Shown here in pieces: positions 38,517-50,910 of a stretch of DNA of 64,000 bases (position 1 is the stretch's first letter; each line of letters opens with the position of its first letter). Origin of the DNA: Mustelus asterias (Eukaryota); NCBI RefSeq assembly GCF_964213995.1, contig NC_135830.1, positions 11,036,001 through 11,100,000 on the forward strand. Reading direction: 5' to 3'. A program made the translations under genes and the position numbers. Under the pieces are notes generated by a model. That model saw only the letters and a program-made list of their open reading frames with translations, was not told the origin of the DNA and did no database searches.

Positions 38517-39883
38517 CCCCTCTCGATACCTTGCCAGTACCAGGTAGAAACAGCAAAAAATGAATTAACTCACCCCTGCTTGCCCAAGCCCTGTGAGCCA
38601 AAGCCCTACAGCTTTCACTCTGCCTCCTGCTCACTCTGCTGCCCGCTAACGACGCTGCCCGCTCAAAAGTGTGGCCTACTTTTAAACCCTCCAAAAACCT
38701 TCCCAGACTCCTGCTGGGCCCACTTCCTGTTTTAAAAAAAACCTCCGATTTCTTTACACAAATTTAACTTAAAATAAATAAATAAATGTAGTGAACAAAC
38801 CAACTGCCTTCTCCTCAGCCTGGTCCTGTGGAACAATGAGGGTTCATATAATAGATGAGGAGGAATTATTTCCATGGTCAACAGGTACGAGAGGATACTA
38901 ATTAAAGATAACTAGTAAATAGAAATGCTGGGGAAATATATGGTTATGTTCAAAGCGTGTCTTTATGATCTTCAAAACGCTGCCTCAGGGATTAGTGGAA
39001 ACACATACAGTAATAAATGGCTGGTTTCCGATTTGAAATGGACAAATGTGCAAGTCCATGGACATAGAATATGTAACTGGTCTGAAGGGACAGCTCTTGC
39101 AGACTAGAAGTACAAGCAACTTGGCCGAATGACTTCCTTCTGTGTCGATTTATCCAGTGATTCCATAAATCATATCCAATCCTAACTCCGGCATAAACAA
39201 TCGTTCCTGTAGCTATCTCTCGTCCAAAATCCTACAAGCATCCCCATAATAACAGCATGGGAGCACATTCAACATTTACACTGGTGTGCTTCAGGAAGAC
39301 GATTCTCACAATTTGTTTATGTGACGTTAATTATGGACAATAAATGATAGTCTTCCTATAGTCGCCGAAAGAGAAAAAATAAAACAAGCAACAAAAAGAA
39401 TAAAAAGGTGCCTCATTCACGTTTTCCTTTTGGATTTGTGTTTTGTTCGACCTCCCATTTCTCCTCTATTTCTGGCCTGCTTCGTCTCTGCCAGTTTCTC
39501 TCATTCACCATTTTCGTTTCTTTGCATCTCTCATCAAGTTCAATGGCAGCTTTCATGTCCGAATGTTATATGTTCCGAACAAGTGGCGTGAGGAGAGATG
39601 GGGCGGGGCTAAATTCCAAACACAGGCCCTGTCCAGAACAGTGACATGGTCAGATGGTGTAACAGGAACGAGAAAAACTATATCTGACCACTCAGACTCT
39701 TGTTAACAAGCTGCTACCCAGTTATCGCATTGCTACTTTATATTGGAAAATAATTTCACGAGACTCTTTCTCGCCTTCTGTTTCACCTTTCTGAACAACA
39801 GTCGCTTAATTTAAAGGATTACAATAGTAAATATATCCATATCTCCACACATGCAATTCAAAGACATCACCGGCCACGAAATA

Positions 39884-41256
39884 ATGAGGCTCTTTTTTTG
39901 TCATCTGGTTATATTGTGGCTGGTGTTCGGTATGGAAAACGATAACTTTCTTTTTGCTGGCAGTATTGTGATGTTAATGGACTCTCCACTCAGTGTTGAT
40001 TAAACCTTTCCATATATTTTATTCCAGGGCTGATTCAAGCAGATTCTGTGTCGCAACCCCAGATTGAACTGTATATTAATGAAGGCGATAGAGTGAAAAT
40101 GGACTGCAGCTACAGGACAACTTACAGCGATCCTGGTCTTTACTGGTATGGACAGCATACGGGCCAAGCTCCGCATTTTATTTTATTTTTTTCGGCCCAA
40201 CTTGTCCACGTCGCCCTTTTTTGAAACCCCGAAGCTCATGCCAATTGCCCGTATTTGGCCCATATCCCTCAATACCCATTTTACTCATGTAAGTGTCTAA
40301 ATGCTTTTTAAAAGACCAAATTATACCCACTCCACCACTATCTCTGGCAGCTTGTTCCAGACACTCATCACCCTCTGTGTGAAACAATTGCCCCGCTGAA
40401 CACTTTTGTATCTCTCCCCTCTCACCTTAGAACTCTGCCCTCTAGGTCTCGACTCACTTATCTTTGGGAAAATATACTGAATATATTGCTGATCTGTGCC
40501 GCTCATTATTTTATAGACCTCTGTAAGATCATCCCTCAGCCTTCTACGCTCCAGAGAAAAAAGTCCCAGTCTATCCAGCCTCTCCTTATAACTCAAACGA
40601 TCAAATCCCGGTAGCATCCTAGTAAATCTTTTCTGCACTCTTTCTAGTTTAATAATATCCTTTCTATAATAGGGTGACCAGAACTGTACACAGTATTCCA
40701 AGGGTGGCCTTACCAATGTCTTGTACAACTTCAAGAAGACATCCCAACTGCTGTATTAAATGTTCTGACCAATCAAACCAAGCATGCTGAATGTCATCTT
40801 CACCACTCTGCCCGCCTGTGACTCCACTTTCAAGGAACAATGAACTTGCACCCCTAGATCTCTTTGGTCTGTAACTCTCCCCAACGCCCGACCATTAACT
40901 GATTAAGTCCTGCACTGGTTCAATCTATCAAAATGCATCACCTCGCATTTACCTAAATTAAACTCCATCTGCCATTCGTCAGCTCACTGGCCCAATTGCT
41001 CAAGTTCCCTTTGCAATCGGAGGTAACTTTCTTTACTTTCCACTGTGCCACCAATCGTGTTGTCATCTGCAAACTTACTAACCATGCCTCCTATATTCTC
41101 ATCCATTTTGTATCAAGATAGAAGCAACAGAAGAGACGCAGCTTTTGCAAAGGGAAAATTGGAGGCCGGCCAGAGGAATGCAGAAAATAACTTTCCTTTA
41201 ACGATTACTCGAGCAGAAATCCAAGACACCGCTGTCTATTTCTGCGTGTTGGGAGA
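39884..41256 (+). pseudogene. TCR alpha/delta V gene disrupted by a CR1 insertion
   Basis: Leader 39884-39929 (MRLFFCHLVILWLVF, donor GTATGG). V 5' half from 40028 (ADSVSQPQ...MDCSYRTTYSDPGLYWYGQHTGQAPHF). V 3' half 41105-41256 (ILYQDRS...QDTAVYFCVLG). Confidence 0.92.
40190..41104 (-). mobile_element. CR1 LINE 3' fragment inside the V exon
   Basis: ORF 40321-40734 LYKTLVRPPLEYCVQFWSP. Same subfamily as 4592-6258. Confidence 0.9.
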
Positions 41257-41295
41257 CACAGAGGTTTAAAACTCATCTGTCGCTGGACAAAAACC
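41257..41295 (+). other. 23-RSS of the disrupted V
   Basis: CACAGAG + 23 nt + ACAAAAACC. Confidence 0.9.
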
Positions 41296-41940
41296 TCACC
41301 AAACAGAATTGGCACAGGCGATGTCTCTAGTTCAGTCTCTATCCACGACTCCGTGTTCACGGTTAATTTTCTCAATTCTATCGCCTGTACTTCAGAAAGC
41401 TGTGGTTCAAGTCTCCCTCCGAAGACCTGAGCGCACATTTCAGCTGCCACTTACACTGCCAGTGCTAATGGAGACCTAGTGTCTCCGCAGTGAATTGCTC
41501 AGATAAACTACGAAATAAAGGCTCCGACTGGCCTTTCTGGAGGATCTTAAACACTTCACCGCACTATCCTCTAAAGCAGGGCAATTCTCCAAGACATTTA
41601 AATCTCAGTCGACATCACTGCAACAGACGATCACGTTACGTGTGATCTTGCTCTGTTCATAGTGAGGTTTCCTACATTACAATAGTGACTTCACTGCAGA
41701 TTTGTCTCATTTTTATTGGGGGCAGGCTGGATGGGCTCGGCCGTCCTTCTCTGCCTGTCATTGTTGGCAGCAATAGTAAATATTACAACTCGTAGGCCTG
41801 TGCACATCTTTTTTCAGTTTCCCACTCAACACTCGCCCAAACAATGCCAATTGCCTGACTTTGTCTTAGGTCCGGCCCTGGAGTGCGGAGTTATCAAATA
41901 ACCTAACTGGGGTTTCTGTATCAATCCAAGGACAGCACCT

Positions 41941-44900
41941 GAACAAAGAACAAAGAACAATACAGCACAGGAACAGGCTCTTCGGCCTTCCAAGCTTGGC
42001 CACTCATGTGCCCACTGGACCATTCGTTTGTATCCCTCTATTCCCAGTCTGTTCATGTGGCTAGCTAGATAAGTCTTAAACGATCCCAGCGTGTCCACCT
42101 CAATCATCTTGCTTGGCAGTGCATTCCAGGTCCCCACCAACCTCTGTGTAAAATACGTACCCCTGACATCTGTGTTGAACCTTGCCTACATCACCTTGAA
42201 CCCGTGACCCCTTGCGTTCGTCACCTCCGACCTGGGAAAATGCTTCCCACTGTTCACCCTATCTATGCCCTTCATAATTTTATACACCTCTATTAGGTCG
42301 TCCCTCATCCTCCGTCTTTCCAGGGAGAACAACCCCAGTTTACCCAATCTCTCCTCATAGCTAAGACCCTCCATAACATAGAAACATAGAAACCCTACAG
42401 TGCAGAAAGAGGCCATTCGGCCCATCGAGTCTGCACCAACCACAATCCCACCCAGGCCCTACCTATTTACCCACTAATCCCTCTAACCTACGCATCCCAC
42501 GACACTAAGGGGCAATTTTAGCATGGCCAATCAACCTAACTTGCACATCTTTGGACTGTGGGAGGAAACCGGAGCACCCGGAGAAAACCCACGCAGACAC
42601 GAGGAGAATGTGCAAACTCCACACAGACAGTGACCCGAGCCGGGAATCGAACCCGGGACCCTGGAGCTGTGAAGCAGCAGTGCTAACCACTGTGCTACCG
42701 TGCCGTCCATACTAGGCAACATCCTGGTAAACCTTCTCTGTACTCTCTCCAAAGCCTCCACGTCCTTCTGGTAGTGCGGCGACCAGAACTGGATGCAGTA
42801 TTCCAAATGTGGCCTAACCATCGTTCTATACAGCTGCAATATCATATGCCAACTTTTATATTCTATGCCCCGTCCAATAAAGGCAAACATGCTATATGCC
42901 TTCTTCCCCACCCTCTCCACCTGTGCTGCCACCTTTAAGGATCTGTGGACTTGTACACCCAGTGTGTCTGTGTCTGTGTGTCTGTACTCCTGATGGTTCT
43001 GCCATTTATTGTATCGCCCCCCCTTACATTAGATCTACCGAAATGCATCACCTCGCATTTATCTGGATTAAATTCCATCTGCCATTCCTCTGCCCAATGT
43101 TCCAGCCTATCTATATCCTGCTGTATTCTCTGACAATGTTCATCACTATCCCCAACTCCAGCAATCTTCATGTCATCCGCAAACCTCCTGATCACACCAG
43201 CTACATCTTCCTCCAAATCATTTATATATATTACAAACAGCAGAGGTCCCAGTACAGAGCCCTGCGGAACACCACTAGTCACAGCCCTCCAACCGGAAAA
43301 AGACCCCTGCACTGCTACCCTCTGTCTTCTATGGCTAAGCCAGTTCCCCACCCATCTCGCTAGCTCACCTTTTATTCCGTGAGATTTAACCTTTTGCACC
43401 AGCCTGCCATGAGAGACCTTGTCAAACGCTTAACAAAAATCCATATAGACGAGACCCACGGCCCTTCCCTCGTCAATCATTTTTGTCACCTCCTCAAAAA
43501 ACTCAACCAAATTTGTGAGGCATCACCTCCCTCGTACAAAACCATGCTGTCTATCGCTAATGAGATTATTCAGTGCTAAATGCGCTTATGTCCTATCTCT
43601 AAGAATCATTTCTAACAACTTCCCTACCACGGACGTCAAGCTCACCGACCTATAATTACCCGGGTTATCCTTGCTACCATTCTTAAATAACGGGACCACA
43701 TTTGCTATCCTCCAATCATCTGGGACCTTACCTGTGTCCAGCGAAGAGACAAAGATTTCTGTTGGAGGCCCAGAAATTGCATCTCTCGCCTCCCTGAGGA
43801 GTCTAGGATAGATGCCATCCGGCCCTGGGGATTTGTCTGTCTTAATGTTTCCTAAAAAACCTAACACTTCCTCCCTTGTAATTGAGATTTCTTCTAACGG
43901 GGCAACACATCTCTCTGAGACAATACCAGTCAACATGTCCCTCTCCTTTGTGAATACTGATGCAAAGTATTTGTTTAGGATCTCACCTCCTTCCTTTGGT
44001 TCTAAGCATAATTCCCCTCCTTTGTCTCTGAGAGGTCCGATTCTTTCCCTAACAACCCTCTTGTTCTTAACATATGTATAAAATGCCTTAGGATTCTCCT
44101 TAATCCTGTCGGCCAAGGACATTTCGTGACCCCTCTTTGCCCTTCTAAGTCCCTGTTTGAGTTATTTTCTACTTTCTCTGTTTTCCTCCAGTGCTCCATC
44201 TGTTTTTAGCTCCCTGGACCTTATGTATGCCTCTTTTTTCTTTTTGATTAGACCCATAATTTCACTGGTTATCCACGGCTCTCGAATCCTACCTTTCCTA
44301 GCCTTCCTCTTTCCAGGCACATGCCTGTCCTGCAGTCCTATCAACTGCTCCTTAAAATACTCCCACATGCCAGATGTGGATTTACCCTCGAACAGCCTCT
44401 CCCAATCAACAGCCACCAAATCCTGCCTAATTCGGCTGTAGTTTGCCTTTCCCCAATTCAGTACCTTACCCATAGGACAACACTCATCTCTTTCCATTAC
44501 TATCCTAAAGTTTACAGAATTGTGGTCACTATTTGCCACATGTTCCCCTACTGCAACTTTGATGACCTGACCGGGCTCATTCCCCAGTACTAGGTCCAGT
44601 ATAGCCCCCTCTCTAGTTGGACTGTCAACATATTGTTCCAAAGAACCTTCCTGTACGCATTTTATAAATTCTTCCCCGTCCAGGCCCCCAGCCCAAAGCG
44701 ATTTCCAGTCTATGCGAGGGAAATTAAAATCTCCCACTGCAACAACCCTATTTTTTCTGCACCTGTCCAGAATCTCCTTACATATCCGTTCCTCAACTTC
44801 CCGTGGGTTGTAGTATACCCCCAGCATGTGGCCTGTAGTATACCCCCAGCATAGTGACTGCGCCCTTCCTGTTCCTGAGCTCCACCCACAGTGACTCGTT

Positions 44901-45670
44901 ACCTGACCCTTCCATATTGTCCACCCTCTGTACCGCTGTAATATGCTCCCTAACCAGCATTGCTACTCCCCCACCTCTCCTCGCCCCTCCTCTGTCTCGC
45001 CTAAAACACTTATACCCCGGAATATTCAGCTGCCAGTCCTGTCCTTCTTTTAACCAAGTCTCCGTTACTGCAACCACATCCAAGTTCCGGCAAGCATTAA
45101 GGCTCTAAGCTCGTCTGTCTTGGCCGTGACGCTCCGTGCATTGAAGCAGATGCACTCCAGACCTCCAGGCCCACTGAGGTCATCCTCCCCCAGAATGCCC
45201 TTCCTCTTAGATAGCCTTGTCTTGGCCCCAAACTCGTCCCAAGCCTCTATGCTTATTGACCTAATGTTCTGATCCCCACCCCCCTGCCACATTAGTTTAA
45301 ACCCACCCGAACCGCACTCGCAAAACTTCCAGCTAGGATATTCGTAACCCTCCAGTTTAGGTGCAACCCGTCCTTCTTGTACAGGTGCCACCCTCTCTTG
45401 AAGACTTCCCAGTGATCCACGAATTCGAAACCCTCCCTCCTGCAACAGTCCTTTATCCACGCGTTCAGCTGTGCAGTCTCTGTTCTTAGCCTCACTAGCT
45501 TGTGACATTGGGAGTAGTCCAGAGATCGCTACCCTAGAAGCCTTGCTTTTTAGCCTACCACACAACTCCCTGAATTGCTCTCGCAGGATCCCCCTGCTCT
45601 TTCTGCTGACGTCATTTGCACCAATGTGGACAATGACGTCTGTCTGGTTACCCGCCTTTTTTAGGATGCT
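41941..45670 (-). mobile_element. CR1 LINE (partial ORF1 + decayed ORF2) with a nested SINE
   Basis: ORF pieces from 45739 down to 42186 carry HIGAND, TETW, GDFNFP and GVPQGS. (AACAAAG)n tail. Confidence 0.93.
42376..42705 (-). mobile_element. HE1-type SINE with 6-bp target-site duplication
   Basis: TCCATA at 42370-42375 and 42706-42711 flanks a complete SINE. Confidence 0.9.
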
Positions 45671-46824
45671 TCCTGAGCTTAGTCCTATAAGAGGCTCGCC
45701 AAATCCTAGCGTGCAATATTTGACTGGACTCCAAACCACTTTCCCTCACTTTTAAGGTCATGTCTCATTAATCGGCTCAAGCTCTCTCCTCCATCTTCTA
45801 CTGATCCACATTCGACACAAAAGGGTTTTTAATAACCTCGTTTCTATTCTTTGAGCGAAGGAAAGTGAAATCCACAGTTATAGCAACCAGACAAAAAAAG
45901 CCTGATGAAATATATGCGTTCAGCTAAATTTTATCTGGCGGTTTAAAAAACATGAGCAATTGTTGCTGACAAATTGTCATTAAGAAAGGGGGAACGTGGC
46001 AGCATGAACCGCGAGATTTCCAGCTGTTATGGCTTACCACAAACAATTTTGTGCTGGTGTTTGGAGTTGAGGAGCAATTGTTGTAAAGCGGCGAGAACAG
46101 AGTATAAGATGGAGATCAACAATCATGGAGCTGTTGCAGTACATCATAACGCAATGAAATGCAATGCAAAACGGTTAAGCTCTGAAAGTGACCGGCACAG
46201 ACAGGTCATAGCGTTCCTAAATGATTTAAACGACAAGAGTCCTTGGGATTCCATAGCTGATCTGCTCTTTTACTAAAGAGTATTCAGGTTTTTTTTTTCT
46301 ACCAGTGTTAGTCTCTGAATACTGCTGTCAGGTTTCAGGGAATGCAAGTCAACAATTTGCATTTTGATGTAGCAGTTATGCAACATGGTAATGTTTACGT
46401 AAAGGCGCCAGTCCAGGAATTCAAATATCCGTGCTGATGATGTCAGCACATAGGTTGAATTCTCACCATGGCAGCGGGTGGAATTTAATCACTTCAACGA
46501 ATTAATAGAAACAATATGGAATTGACAGTAGGATAGTCGCAGTAATGGTGATAATTGGTTGTCACAAAAGGATCTGCTGCACCAAAATTTTTTGGGAAGG
46601 AAATATTGACCTAGTCTGGCCATTATGTGACTGCAGACACAGAAATGTGATTGCCCCTGAAATGGCCGAGCAAGGTAACTAGCAGGCACACCGGAATCAC
46701 ATGAAACAATTTTATTTTAAAAACTGTGTATTGAACGCATTAAATTCTCTTCAATATGAATGATCTTTTACTTGAAAGTAGGACTGATCTTTTCATGTTC
46801 TAATACATTCTTTATATCTGTGTT

Positions 46825-47000
46825 TTGGAGATCCAGCCACTGCCCTCTGGAGTGAAATTAAAAACAGGAATGGTAACTTCACAACGTATCTAAGAGAGTG
46901 CATGTGGTATCCATCATTTATACTGGTACAAGCAACAACTAGACACACAGCCCGAATTTACTCTGATGAAATGCACGAGCGAGTATTTAGATAAAGCCTC
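46825..47000 (+). pseudogene. 5' half of a degenerate TCR V pseudogene
   Basis: GMVTSQRI*ESACGIHHLYWYKQQLDTQPEFTL. The Cys23 position is CGT, there is an in-frame TAA, and a repeat truncates it near 47005. Confidence 0.7.
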
Positions 47001-47459
47001 AATCAAAGAAACAAAGATACATAGAAACAAGTCGGCCATTCGGCCCTCGGAACCCGATCCGAAATTCATTGTTATCAAGACTGATCACCAAATTCAATTT
47101 TCTGATTCCGCTTCCGCCCCCCCCCCCCCGCCCATATCCCTTGATCCCTTTCGCCCCAATAATTATACCTAATTTCTTCTTGAAATCACACAACATTTGC
47201 GTCCAGAGCCCTGACTTTCTCACGGCCTTTCGCTTATTTTTATTTCTGTCGCTCTCTATCCTTTTATTTACGTTTCCATGACTTTCTTCCTCCCTATTTT
47301 GTTCAATAACTCAGTCATGAAATATCGCTCTTTTACATCGATAAACGCTTTATTTCTGATTAAAATCGCACAGCTGTGAACAGTCGGTGGCGTTGTCTAC
47401 TGTCGCCAGAGGTGAAGATTTAGAATTCAGACACACAAGTGATGTGAAATTCCAGTGAT

Positions 47460-47498
47460 AGTTTCTGTACGGGGCCTGTATCAGTTTGTATCACGGTG
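47460..47498 (-). other. 23-RSS of the inverted V
   Basis: CACCGTG + 23 nt + ACAGAAACT on the - strand. Confidence 0.88.
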
Positions 47499-47806
47499 AA
47501 TGTTCAGCGCACAATAATACATGCCACTGTCACTCAGCTGTGCATCTGTCAGAGTTAAACTGTAGAAACGATTCGATGCTTGTAGTGTTGAAGATAATCG
47601 GCCTCCCACACGCCCAGCTTTCTCTGTTTCTCCTTCCGAATTCCTTCTGGTTAAAAAAAACAGCTCCTCCCCCGGTTTTTGTCGGTACCAGAGCAGGTCA
47701 TAGCGGCGGCTGTCTGTGGAAAACGAACAGGGCAACACCATGCGTTCTTCCTCCAAACATGATACCGATGATGCAAGCTGTTTAACAGCATCAGAATAAC
47801 ACAGTC
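47499..47806 (-). CDS. TCR alpha/delta V exon, open frame, inverted relative to C-delta
   Basis: Acceptor TTTGAAG (phase 1). Reads SDAVKQLASSVSCLEEERMVLPCSFSTDSRRYDLLWYRQKPG...LSDSGMYYCALNI. Confidence 0.92.
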
Positions 47807-49052
47807 CTTCAAATACACAATCAACAGAAAATAAATAGGTGTTTTGATATGGGGCACCATTAAAAAATCTTTCATCTCCTCATCATAATAGGCGGTGGCC
47901 CTTTGATATTATCGCGAGACAATTAATGGAGAAATTCAGCCAGGAATCCCACCGCGGCAGGATTTGAATACAGTAAAAAAAATCTGGAATTAACAATCTA
48001 CAATTAAACTATTGTCGATTGTCATATGAACCCATCTGGTTCACAAATGTTCTTTAGGGAAGGATATCTGCCGTTCTGAAATGGTCTGGCCTATATGTGA
48101 CTCCAGACAATTGTGGTTGTCTCCCTGCTGCCCTCGGGCAACGAAGGATGAGCAGGAAGTGCTGGCCAGCCAGCGACGCCCAGTCGCTTCAGGAAAAGAA
48201 TAAGAATGGAAGCCACGAATGAATGAAAGAAATGAGTGATTCAGCAAACACACATATCACGTATTGACAGATGACAGATTTATCATTTCCCCCAACCGCT
48301 ACTCTTTCTGCATAACCTGGAAAATATTTTCCTTCAAATATTCATCCTGTTTCCTCTAAGCAGTTACCATGAAATCTGCTTGGACCAACATTTCAAGAAG
48401 AAAATTCTTCCTTTGATTGATTTTCCCATTATCTTCAAACAACCTTCCCTGGTTACCCAGCTTTCTGTCTCTTGAAACAATTTACTCTGTCAAACAGTTC
48501 AGGAATATCAACATCGCTTTCAGGTCTCCTGTTACCTGCCTGTGTTCTGAGAAAGGGGTTCCCGTTACCCAGTGTGCCCTGAAACCTAAGGGCCCTGAAC
48601 ACAGAGACCGTTCCAATAAATTTCCCCCTTACCCTGCCCAAGACATTGCCGCCGTTCATTAGATTTGATTCCCATAACCGAACACAATACATTAAAAAAG
48701 GCCTGAGTATGGATACAGAAATATTTGACTTAATATCACTTTACATGTACACTATTCCTATTAATAGAGGTAAGAGTTGGAAATGTTTCCACAAACTTTC
48801 AAATTTGCTCTGACGCTTTCATAGCTTTGAATATATCCAATCCAATGTTTCGCTCTCTTCTCTGCCCCCTTTCAGCTACAACAAACTATTGTAAATCGGA
48901 ATAATCAAAGTGAATGTTCAAGAAAGAACATACATCCGTCCATCCTCTGTTATTCCCTTAATCGCCCCCAGCCTCACGTCTTTTTCTACATCCAACCATC
49001 CCTCGATATTATTTTTGCAAACCTGCGTTCCAATGCTAGTTAAATGACTCAC

Positions 49053-49101
49053 CGAGCTTCAGGAAAAGAATAAGAATGGAAGCCGTGAAATCCTGTGACA
49101 T
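49053..49101 (-). CDS. Leader exon of the V at 47499-47806
   Basis: ATG...MSQDFTASILILFLKL + G, 49 nt, phase-1 donor GTGAGT. In frame with the V exon across a 1.25-kb intron. Confidence 0.75.
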
Positions 49102-49416
49102 TTTTCTTTCTCAGAGTTGTATTCCCATGGGGTTTTAAAGTTTCCAAAAGGCGAGCTGGAATCGAACAGTTGGCAACGCACGAAAGATTCCTCTGTATGT
49201 CTGTGCAGTGTTTGTCTGTATGCTTCTATCAGCCACTATTTGTGTCTCGTTAATAAGGAGTGCAGACGGATTCAAACAGGAAGTTAATAGACTTGAATGA
49301 TCCGCGAGTGAAGCTGCCCTTACAATATGATAATGGAGGTGGTTCTAAAGTTGTACATTGAGACTCTAACTTCGAGGTTGACCTGCCCATGACAAAGTTT
49401 GATTGGTACCTATTGC

Positions 49417-49605
49417 CCTCTTTTTAGGTAAAACCAAATAAACAAACTCAAATTAAATCAGGACAAAGTAAAAGGGGCAGCTCCCCAAAAAGGAGGGGGA
49501 ACAGCCCGAACAGAAATCAAAGTACAAAGGAAACTTAAAAGCATCAAATTAAAATGTGATTATTAGGGTCAATAATGCACCCCAACCCCTGCGGTGCCCA
49601 GCGGG
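49417..49605 (-). mobile_element. Short 3' fragment of an L1-clade (Tx1-like) retrotransposon with a 16-bp TSD
   Basis: GATTGGTACCTATTGC at 49401-49416 and 49606-49621. The - strand encodes RWAPQGLGCIIDPNNHILI*. Family assignment is from recall. Confidence 0.55.
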
Positions 49606-49751
49606 GATTGGTACCTATTGCACAAACATGCACTCGTTCCACCACCGATCGACAGTCGCAGCAGTGTGTACAATGTACAAGATGCACTGCAGGAATTCAC
49701 CAAGGCACCTTAGCAGCAGCTTCCAAACCCAGCACTGCTATATTCTAGAAG

Positions 49752-49950
49752 ATGGGGAGATGCCGGCGTTGGACTGGGGTAAACACAGTAAGAGTTTTAA
49801 TAACACCAGGTTAAAGTCCAACAGGTTTATTTGTTAGGAAATGCCATTAGCTTTCAGAGCGCTGACGAAGGAGCAGCGCTCCGAAAGCTAATGGCATTTG
49901 CCACCAAATAAACCTGTTGGACTTTAACCTGGTGTTGTTAAAACTCTTAC
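49752..49950. mobile_element. Palindromic Penelope-like insertion with a flanking direct repeat
   Basis: 78-bp inverted arms at 49787-49864 and 49874-49951. CTATATTCTAGAAG is duplicated at 49738-49751 and 49950-49963. Confidence 0.65.
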
Positions 49951-50099
49951 TATATTCTAGAAGGACAAGGAGAGTAGGCGTATGGAAATTGCACCACAAA
50001 TCATCCTGATTTAGAACTATATGGGGCGTTTCTGACAAAACATTGAATATATTCAAGAGGCGGCTGACTAAAGCACGTGGGGCGAATGGGATCAAATGT

Positions 50100-50910
50100 T
50101 AGAACATAGAACAGTACAGCACAGAACAGGCCCTTCGGCCCACGATGTTGTGCCGAGCTTTATCTGAAACCAAGATCAAGCTATCCCACTCCCTATCATC
50201 CTGGTGTGCTCCATGTGCCTATCCAATAACCGCTTAAATGTTTCTAAAGTGTCTGACTCCACTATCACTGCAGGCAGTCCATTCCACACCCCAACCACTC
50301 TCTGCGTAAAGAACCTACCTCTGATATCCGTCCTGTATCTCCCACCACGAACCCTATAGTTATGCCCCCTTGTAATAGCTCCATCCACCCGAGGAAATAG
50401 TCTTTGAACGTTCACTCTATCTATCCCCTTCATCATTTTATACACCTCTATTAAGTCTCCCCTCAGCCTCCTCCGCTCCAGAGAGAATAGCCCTAGCTCC
50501 CTCAACCTTTCCTCATATGACCTACCCTCCAAACCAGGCAGCATCCTGGTAAATCTCCTCTGCACTCCTTCCAGCGCTTCCACATCCTTCCTATAGTGAG
50601 GTGACCAGAACTGCACACAATATTCCAAATGTGGTCTCACCAAGGTCCTGTACAGTTGCAGCATAACCCCACGGCTCTTAAACTCCAACCCCCTGTTAAT
50701 AAAAGCTAACACACTACAGGCCTTCTTCACAGCTCTATCCACTTGAGTGGCAACCTTTAGAGATCTGTGGATATGGACCCCAAGATCTCTCTGTTCCTCC
50801 ACAGTCTTCAGAACCCTACCTTTGACCCTGTAATCCACATTTAAATTAGTCCTACCAAAATGAATCACCTCACATTTATCAGGGTTAAACTCCATTTGCC
50901 ATTTTTCAGC
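50100..50910 (-). mobile_element. CR1 LINE 3' fragment (same subfamily as the full-length copy)
   Basis: ORF 50176-50895 is near-identical to the C-terminus of ORF2 at 34693-37710. Confidence 0.93.

Larger units (their letters stand above)
34612..38830 (-). mobile_element. Apparently full-length CR1 LINE with both ORFs open
   Basis: 5' UTR, ORF1 and overlapping ORF2, 3' UTR and (AACATAG)n tail. The 5' boundary is approximate. Confidence 0.95.

Noticed and set aside
35447-38735. Antisense ORFs over CR1 elements (also at 14-16, 24-26, 43-45, 55-57 and 59-61 kb)
   Set aside because: These are shadow frames of LINE coding sequence with no independent motifs.
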